DNA from: a virus
Lineage: Duplodnaviria > Caudoviricetes
Strand: one strand, 5' to 3'
Virus record (IMG/VR): IMGVR_UViG_3300005805_000486
Span: 1-24,167 of that record
DNA length: 24,167 nt
The notes beneath the pieces are model-generated. The model did not search any database. It was not told the origin of the DNA and was given only the letters and a program-made list of their open reading frames with translations. The position numbers were made by a program, and so were the translations under genes. Below, piece by piece: positions 19,189 through 24,167 of the stretch. Positions within the stretch are counted from its first letter, which is position 1. The number at the start of each line of letters is the position of its first letter.

Positions 19189-19608
19189 TCAAAAACTGTT
19201 ATTGAACCAGCCTATTTTACGACCTTGTTCTATGCGTAGATCGTATTCTTCTACTGTGCTAGGAAAGCGCCAGGCCCATATAGCCACTAAGGCCATAAAC
19301 ACTGCTGTATATGCTATACCACGTACGGCTACACCGCCGGTATACATTAAGATTAAACTTACACTCATACTAGCCAGCATAAAGAATTTAAGTTTTAATG
19401 GAAACACACGCTTTTGATTCCAATTAGTTATAAAAGGTCCGAATATACGATGATTCATAATCCAGGCGTGCATCTTTGGACTAGACTTGGCAAAGCAGTA
19501 GGCAGCGAATACCACAAAAGGACTATATGGAAGTCCAGGAGTAATCACTCCTATGTAGGCCATTCCTAAACTAACGAATCCTAAACATAACCAAAAATAA
19601 CGTTTCAT
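19189..19608 (-). CDS. ybaN: YbaN/DUF454 family inner-membrane protein
   Basis: LG..SLG...IG...PGLP.SPF...AAYCFAKSS...H.W..NH..FGP.I.NW; ATG at 19608 overlaps the upstream TGA. Confidence 0.85.
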   Translation of the reverse strand: MKRYFWLCLGFVSLGMAYIGVITPGLPYSPFVVFAAYCFAKSSPKMHAWIMNHRIFGPFITNWNQKRVFPLKLKFFMLASMSVSLILMYTGGVAVRGIAYTAVFMALVAIWAWRFPSTVEEYDLRIEQGRKIGWFNNSF

Positions 19609-20468
19609 GCCATTCCCCAACTTCCTTCACTCTTTCGAGCCTGTAGATCAAATCCATTAGTGCATTGATATTTTGGACAAGCAATTGGGCCATTGAAGAC
19701 CTGAATACGATCTGTATAAATGTTTCCAAATCTAGTGCCGAAACACCAACCTCTATAAACATCACCTAACTGATTTATTACAATTTGTTCTGATCCTGCC
19801 CAACACATATGTCCGTAGAAATTATTTAAGTTATGTTGGCGCTTGAACTCTACAGTTTTGACAACTTCTTCTTGTCGAACAATCCCTCTAGTAAAATAAT
19901 AATAGTTCCATTGCTCCTTAGAATAGTTTAAGTATTGATTATTTCCTCTGGTAAAATTACTATATAGAAATTGTAATTGTAAATCAAAATTATAAGGCTT
20001 TAATGTTTCATAAACTGTAATTTGTTTATTCCAGTTATCTGGGCTTATTGGAAGTAAAATTGTAGGATTAAGATTTTTAAGTTCTTGCACTATACTAAAA
20101 AAGTGATCAAAGTCAGTGCCGTGATGATACGTAAGCTGTATTTGGCTGAGTTTATTCTTAATTGCTGCCCACCAGGATATATCAGCATATCCGTTAGATA
20201 CAAGCTGATATTTTATTTTAGGATTCGAATTTCTAGCTATAATTAGCTGTAGGTTTTGGCTATAAGTCGGCTCGCCACCTGTTATTTCTAAAGTAATATT
20301 GTCGTAAGATTCGCTTAATCTATCTAAGTTATCAAAAGCTTTGGTTAACTTTTCTAGTTCCGGAAAAGCATTGTCACCCTTGTATAATTCAGGGTGACAA
20401 TAACCACATCGTAAATTACATTGGTTAGCTAAACTCCATTGGATCTTTAGCTCAGAAATTCTCTCCAA
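19605..20468 (-). CDS. Radical SAM protein with C-terminal Cys-rich (SPASM/twitch-like) region
   Basis: CNLRCGYC (CxxxCxxC), TGGEPT, SNG; C-terminal CWAG..I...GDVY..WC...C....C; TTG start uncertain. Confidence 0.85.
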   Translation of the reverse strand: MERISELKIQWSLANQCNLRCGYCHPELYKGDNAFPELEKLTKAFDNLDRLSESYDNITLEITGGEPTYSQNLQLIIARNSNPKIKYQLVSNGYADISWWAAIKNKLSQIQLTYHHGTDFDHFFSIVQELKNLNPTILLPISPDNWNKQITVYETLKPYNFDLQLQFLYSNFTRGNNQYLNYSKEQWNYYYFTRGIVRQEEVVKTVEFKRQHNLNNFYGHMCWAGSEQIVINQLGDVYRGWCFGTRFGNIYTDRIQVFNGPIACPKYQCTNGFDLQARKSEGSWGMA

Positions 20469-20959
20469 CTTTCGTGCCTTACCATAAAAGGAAACTGCTT
20501 TCTTTTATTTACTAGTTCAAAATAACTAGGGCGGTATGGCTTTACTTTTGGACGAACACGATGGTTATTACCTTTAGCTGCATTACAAGGTCCACAACTA
20601 GTTACAGTGTTTTCAAAAGTAGTTTTGCCGCCTTTGCTAACTGGTAGCACGTGGTCTAGCGTACAGTCTTTCTTCTGTAGCGTATGTGAACAATACGAGC
20701 AACGATATAGGTCTCTAAGGTAAACGTTACCTCTACTGAATCGTACAGTTTGTTTTGGTTTCATAAACTCTTTAAGCATAATCACAGCAGGCACTGGAGT
20801 ACTCCATCTATGACTATGTACGATCCAATTGTCGTGCCAGTTCAATACGTGTACTTTTTCAAGTACCATATATCTAATTGCCTCTTGCCAATCTATTACG
20901 CTTAATGGAAGATAAGTGATAGGCGCTCCATCAGCGTTTAATACTAGAGTATCGCTCAT
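20447..20959 (-). CDS. HNH endonuclease (Zn-binding, McrA-like)
   Basis: LVLNAD..P, RD.YRCSYC, TLDHVLP.SKGG....N.V.SC.PCN..KGN. Confidence 0.9.
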   Translation of the reverse strand: MSDTLVLNADGAPITYLPLSVIDWQEAIRYMVLEKVHVLNWHDNWIVHSHRWSTPVPAVIMLKEFMKPKQTVRFSRGNVYLRDLYRCSYCSHTLQKKDCTLDHVLPVSKGGKTTFENTVTSCGPCNAAKGNNHRVRPKVKPYRPSYFELVNKRKQFPFMVRHESWREFLS

Positions 20960-21011
20960 TTTTAAAAATGTCAGGGGTTAAAACAATTATATTTTAACAC
21001 CAATCTTATAT

Positions 21012-21560
21012 TTAATCAAGTAGTTTTTGGACAAATTCCGAACTACTACATTCAATACCGTGTGTCCATTGCTCGGCACTGTCTAGCTCAAACACACTAT
21101 GGTAATTTGGTGTTGCTGTTAACCAACTGCTCTCGTGATTATATGGATGTCGCCCTTTTACTTCTTGCTCTAACTGATCAGGACTCCAAGCACACAATCC
21201 TAAGAACATACGCCAATATTTTGGCCTATCACCCATAGCTAATCGCTGTAATAAATCTGGTTGGCTACTAAGGCTAAACTTATTATCAATTTCTAAGGTA
21301 TTTTGACAACGCCAATCTGAACTATGTAAAATTGTAAGTGCCTTAAGATTTACTGGTCCACCCACGTAAACATATCCTGGTATATCATACTCTAGCCCTA
21401 GCTGTTTACTAAAGTCTAAAATAGTATTTTTACTGTTACGATTGAGAAGTATGCCCATACTACCTCGTCCATGATTTTCAGTAATAAAAATAACAGACTT
21501 TTGCCAAAAAGTTCCTCGTACATTGGGCGGTGCTATTAATAACTGTCCAGTAAAATTCAT
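21012..21560 (-). CDS. YqgE/AlgH (DUF179) family protein
   Basis: GQLLIAPP, F..SVI, G.MG..LNR, Y.GGPV, FLG...W...QL..E....W. Confidence 0.88.
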   Translation of the reverse strand: MNFTGQLLIAPPNVRGTFWQKSVIFITENHGRGSMGILLNRNSKNTILDFSKQLGLEYDIPGYVYVGGPVNLKALTILHSSDWRCQNTLEIDNKFSLSSQPDLLQRLAMGDRPKYWRMFLGLCAWSPDQLEQEVKGRHPYNHESSWLTATPNYHSVFELDSAEQWTHGIECSSSEFVQKLLD

Positions 21561-21584
21561 ATGGGGTATTTAATAGTACAGGAA

Positions 21585-21863
21585 TTACAATTGGCCTTTT
21601 CTGGTACCGTAATCTGGTAACGGACCTCCGTACTTTTTACCCTTTATTTTTTTACCGCCTACTGTTATTCTAGTAGAGCTCTTTCCGTGCCCAACTAAAT
21701 GGCTTTTTTGCCCTTCTCTAGCTCTAAGACCTTGGCTTTTACAACTTGCTAGGTTGCTGGCACCTAAATCTTTGTTCGATTTAGTGCTCAAGCATAAGGC
21801 ACGAGTGGCTTTTTCATCTAGGTCAGCAAGTTCTTCGTCTGTAATAAATTCTTGTATCAGCAT
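21585..21863 (-). CDS. Small basic protein with acidic leader, possible internal head protein (92 aa)
   Basis: ATG at 21863 (MLIQEFITDEE) avoids overlap with the upstream gene and lies 4 nt after TAAATA; Lys/Gly-rich C-terminus. Confidence 0.7.
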   Translation of the reverse strand: MLIQEFITDEELADLDEKATRALCLSTKSNKDLGASNLASCKSQGLRAREGQKSHLVGHGKSSTRITVGGKKIKGKKYGGPLPDYGTRKGQL

Positions 21864-21877
21864 TTTGTATTTATGGT

Positions 21878-22702
21878 TTAGACTTCTAAGTCTAGCCATT
21901 CATACACATTAAGCCATTTTCTGCCGCCTATTGTTTGTTTGAGATGTTTAAGATCTGCGCAGGTTTTAGTGCGAAACCTCGTCATTTCTTCATATGGAAC
22001 AGGAACAAAAACTATGCTTACTCCTTCTTGTTCTGCAATTGTTTCTGCAATATGTAAAAAACTATGCGGTAACCCTGCCCCTACATTCCAAATTCCGCTT
22101 CCTTTGACCTTTTTAATAAAATCTAAGTGTAACTGACATACATCTCCTACCCAAGTCCAGTCCCTATAAATGTGTTCTGCGTTTTCCCACACTTCAATAT
22201 AGCCTTGCTTTCGAGCCTGCTCTCTCCACTTATGTATAGCATTAGCTCTGCGTCCACGTAGGTGCATCCATTTACCATACACATTAAAGTATCTAAACCC
22301 TTGCACAAATATATTATGTTCTCTCTCAAAAACCCAGCGATCAAATAAGTATTTGCTCCAAGCATAGGGTGTTTGCGGATGACAAGGTGCTGACTCTTCA
22401 AAGTTATTTGTTTCGCCATACACAGTACTAGAGCTGGCATATTGCAGATTTACGCCTAGTCTATTACATTCATGAAACAAATAACAACTGAAGTCATAGT
22501 TTTGAATCATACACTTTTCTACGTCAGTTTCGCTTACATCTGCCACTGCTCCAAGGTGTACAACCCAATCATATTGTTTTACATCGGGCCAATGCTTTGG
22601 ATCCCAGTCATACCCATCAACACGCCAATCAGGCTGACGACCTAAAAAGGCCGTCATATTTTTACCTATAAATCCTTCTGATCCGGTGACTAAAATCTTC
22701 AT
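21878..22702 (-). CDS. rfaD: ADP-L-glycero-D-manno-heptose-6-epimerase-like extended SDR
   Basis: ILVTG.EGFIG, HLGA, NY.FS..L, YASS..VYG, YAWSK (YxxxK), GFRYFNVYG, RD...V.DV, GIWNVG.G, T.ADL..L. Confidence 0.8.
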   Translation of the reverse strand: MKILVTGSEGFIGKNMTAFLGRQPDWRVDGYDWDPKHWPDVKQYDWVVHLGAVADVSETDVEKCMIQNYDFSCYLFHECNRLGVNLQYASSSTVYGETNNFEESAPCHPQTPYAWSKYLFDRWVFEREHNIFVQGFRYFNVYGKWMHLRGRRANAIHKWREQARKQGYIEVWENAEHIYRDWTWVGDVCQLHLDFIKKVKGSGIWNVGAGLPHSFLHIAETIAEQEGVSIVFVPVPYEEMTRFRTKTCADLKHLKQTIGGRKWLNVYEWLDLEV

Positions 22703-22709
22703 CCAATAT

Positions 22710-23651
22710 TTACTGGAACAATCCTGTAGACTCTAAACTTGTGAGTAAATTTATGCGCTGTTTCATTTTGTCATACATCTTTGTATCACGTTCGATCAAT
22801 ATACAATTTCTTTCTAAATTATAACAGGCTGCTCCTGTGCTACCACTACCAGCGAAAGTATCTAACACTGTATCTCCTGGCTTTGATAATAAGGACACAA
22901 AGTATTCTAATAATTCTACAGGCTTTTCAGTAGGATGTATCTTGCCTTTACCTAATCCGCCACTGTAAACAATGGTGTTTGGAATAACACATTCAACCAA
23001 TCCATCAACAGTTTTTCTATTTGATAGCATCTTATCTGATTCTTTGCGGGCTTGATCAAATAACTGATTAAGATTGTTCAATGCACCTGGTTCTTTGGCT
23101 AGCTTATAGATAATACTGCTAATTTTATCTGCGGCACTATAACGTTCCACAATAGTATCTTTGGCAGCGTTTGAGTTAAATGTGCGTTTACCTCCAGGCT
23201 TGATTCCCCATAAAATATATTCACAGGCGCTAACTGGATTTACACTGCGATTAAATGGAACTGCTGCTGGCTTTTTCCAAGTCCATATACGCTTGGGTTC
23301 GAAACCAGTTTGCTCCATTATTTTCCATAGATAGCTAACATATTGGTCGCTAATAAAAACAGCAAAAGCTCCACCTTTACGAAGCTTGGTATACCATAGT
23401 GTACTCCATTCAGTCATTTGAGCTATAAACTCTTCGTGCCCAACATCGTCCCAATCCTGCTCAAACGATTCACTAAACCGTTGGCTATGTATACTGTTTT
23501 TATTTTCCCCTGTATCTTTATCAACCCAAATAGGTTTAGCACCATCTGAGCTGATGTTATAAGGTGGATCTGTTAATAGTAAATCTATACTGTTGTTTTT
23601 GATTTGATCAGAGACTTCTATACAGTCTCCTTGGATAGTTGTAATATTCAT
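22710..23651 (-). CDS. Site-specific DNA methyltransferase (N6-adenine/N4-cytosine, beta-class motif order)
   Basis: GDC, DL..TDPPY catalytic motif near the N-terminus, HPTEKP, VLD.FAGSGST SAM-binding motif near the C-terminus. Confidence 0.92.
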   Translation of the reverse strand: MNITTIQGDCIEVSDQIKNNSIDLLLTDPPYNISSDGAKPIWVDKDTGENKNSIHSQRFSESFEQDWDDVGHEEFIAQMTEWSTLWYTKLRKGGAFAVFISDQYVSYLWKIMEQTGFEPKRIWTWKKPAAVPFNRSVNPVSACEYILWGIKPGGKRTFNSNAAKDTIVERYSAADKISSIIYKLAKEPGALNNLNQLFDQARKESDKMLSNRKTVDGLVECVIPNTIVYSGGLGKGKIHPTEKPVELLEYFVSLLSKPGDTVLDTFAGSGSTGAACYNLERNCILIERDTKMYDKMKQRINLLTSLESTGLFQ

Positions 23652-23681
23652 TGATGTGCCTTTTCAAGTATTATAATTGCC

Positions 23682-24167
23682 TTAATCTAAAATTCCTATA
23701 AACCCTGGTAAATTATTTCCTGGCATATGACTTGGTGCGTGATATTGAAACTCAAACTTAATGTCACTAAACGGTTTGGTTAACACCTTCATACTGCCAT
23801 CTCTATTAATAGTAATATGACCCAACACTGCATTAGCTTTGCTCACTATGTCTGTCATCATTTTACTATAATCCGCGCTGTCTTTTCCTCTGCGTATACG
23901 ATTTAGCAAACCAACTCCAAGTACATAAGTTAATATGTCTGCTGCTGCTAATGAAGGATTAGCATCGTAGCTTGCCTTACCTGCTGTATATGCTCTCTTT
24001 GGAGCATCTGCCTTTAGGCCCATATGGTAACTGCCATCCGCAGGTAACCCAACAGGTATTCCCCAATTACCTGCTGTCATCGCTGGATAAACCGTTTTTA
24101 AAAAATTAGCATAATCTACTTTTTTAGTTAACTTTGTAGTCAACCCTAACATTGAATCAAAGTTTGG
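23682..24167 (-). CDS. Hypothetical protein, probably 5'-truncated by the window edge
   Basis: Frame stays open from the Met at 24152 to the window edge (CCA AAC TTT GAT TCA); no family recognised. Confidence 0.65.
   Translation of the reverse strand, partial: PNFDSMLGLTTKLTKKVDYANFLKTVYPAMTAGNWGIPVGLPADGSYHMGLKADAPKRAYTAGKASYDANPSLAAADILTYVLGVGLLNRIRRGKDSADYSKMMTDIVSKANAVLGHITINRDGSMKVLTKPFSDIKFEFQYHAPSHMPGNNLPGFIGILD

Noticed and set aside
20447-20959. HNH as an intron-encoded homing endonuclease
   Set aside because: Flanking genes (YqgE-like, radical SAM) appear intact and unrelated; no split host gene or intron-sized non-coding sequence
1-24167. Stop-codon reassignment as in some jumbo phages
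   Set aside because: Recognisable genes are full length under code 11, and TAA, TAG and TGA all end genes at sensible positions
1-24167. tRNA, rRNA or other structured RNA genes
   Set aside because: Intergenic gaps are all under about 60 nt and no cloverleaf signatures were seen

Overview
AT-rich, densely coding segment of a large tailed (jumbo-type/T4-like) bacteriophage genome, standard genetic code, mostly minus strand. About 990-16900 is a late virion-structural block of modular fibre/spike proteins (Mtd_N-like N-termini, repeated stalk motifs, two paralogous beta-helix proteins) plus small putative head-packaged proteins. About 16900-24167 is an auxiliary block: 5-aminolevulinate synthase (hemA, inverted), lipoprotein, exported thermonuclease, YbaN, radical SAM, HNH nuclease, YqgE/AlgH, ADP-heptose epimerase and a DNA methyltransferase. 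The most notable observation: an 864-aa virion-type beta-helix protein carries two tandem helical domains that align by eye with phycocyanin/allophycocyanin, including the bilin-attachment Cys-x-x-Asp motif. It lies about 2.3 kb from the phage tetrapyrrole-entry enzyme hemA, suggesting a bilin-pigmented virion appendage. Also seen: a TAAATA late-promoter motif that often implies leaderless mRNAs, and a possible DGGxF/N-terminal-domain daisy chain between fibre proteins. All assignments come from motif recognition by eye; no searches were run.
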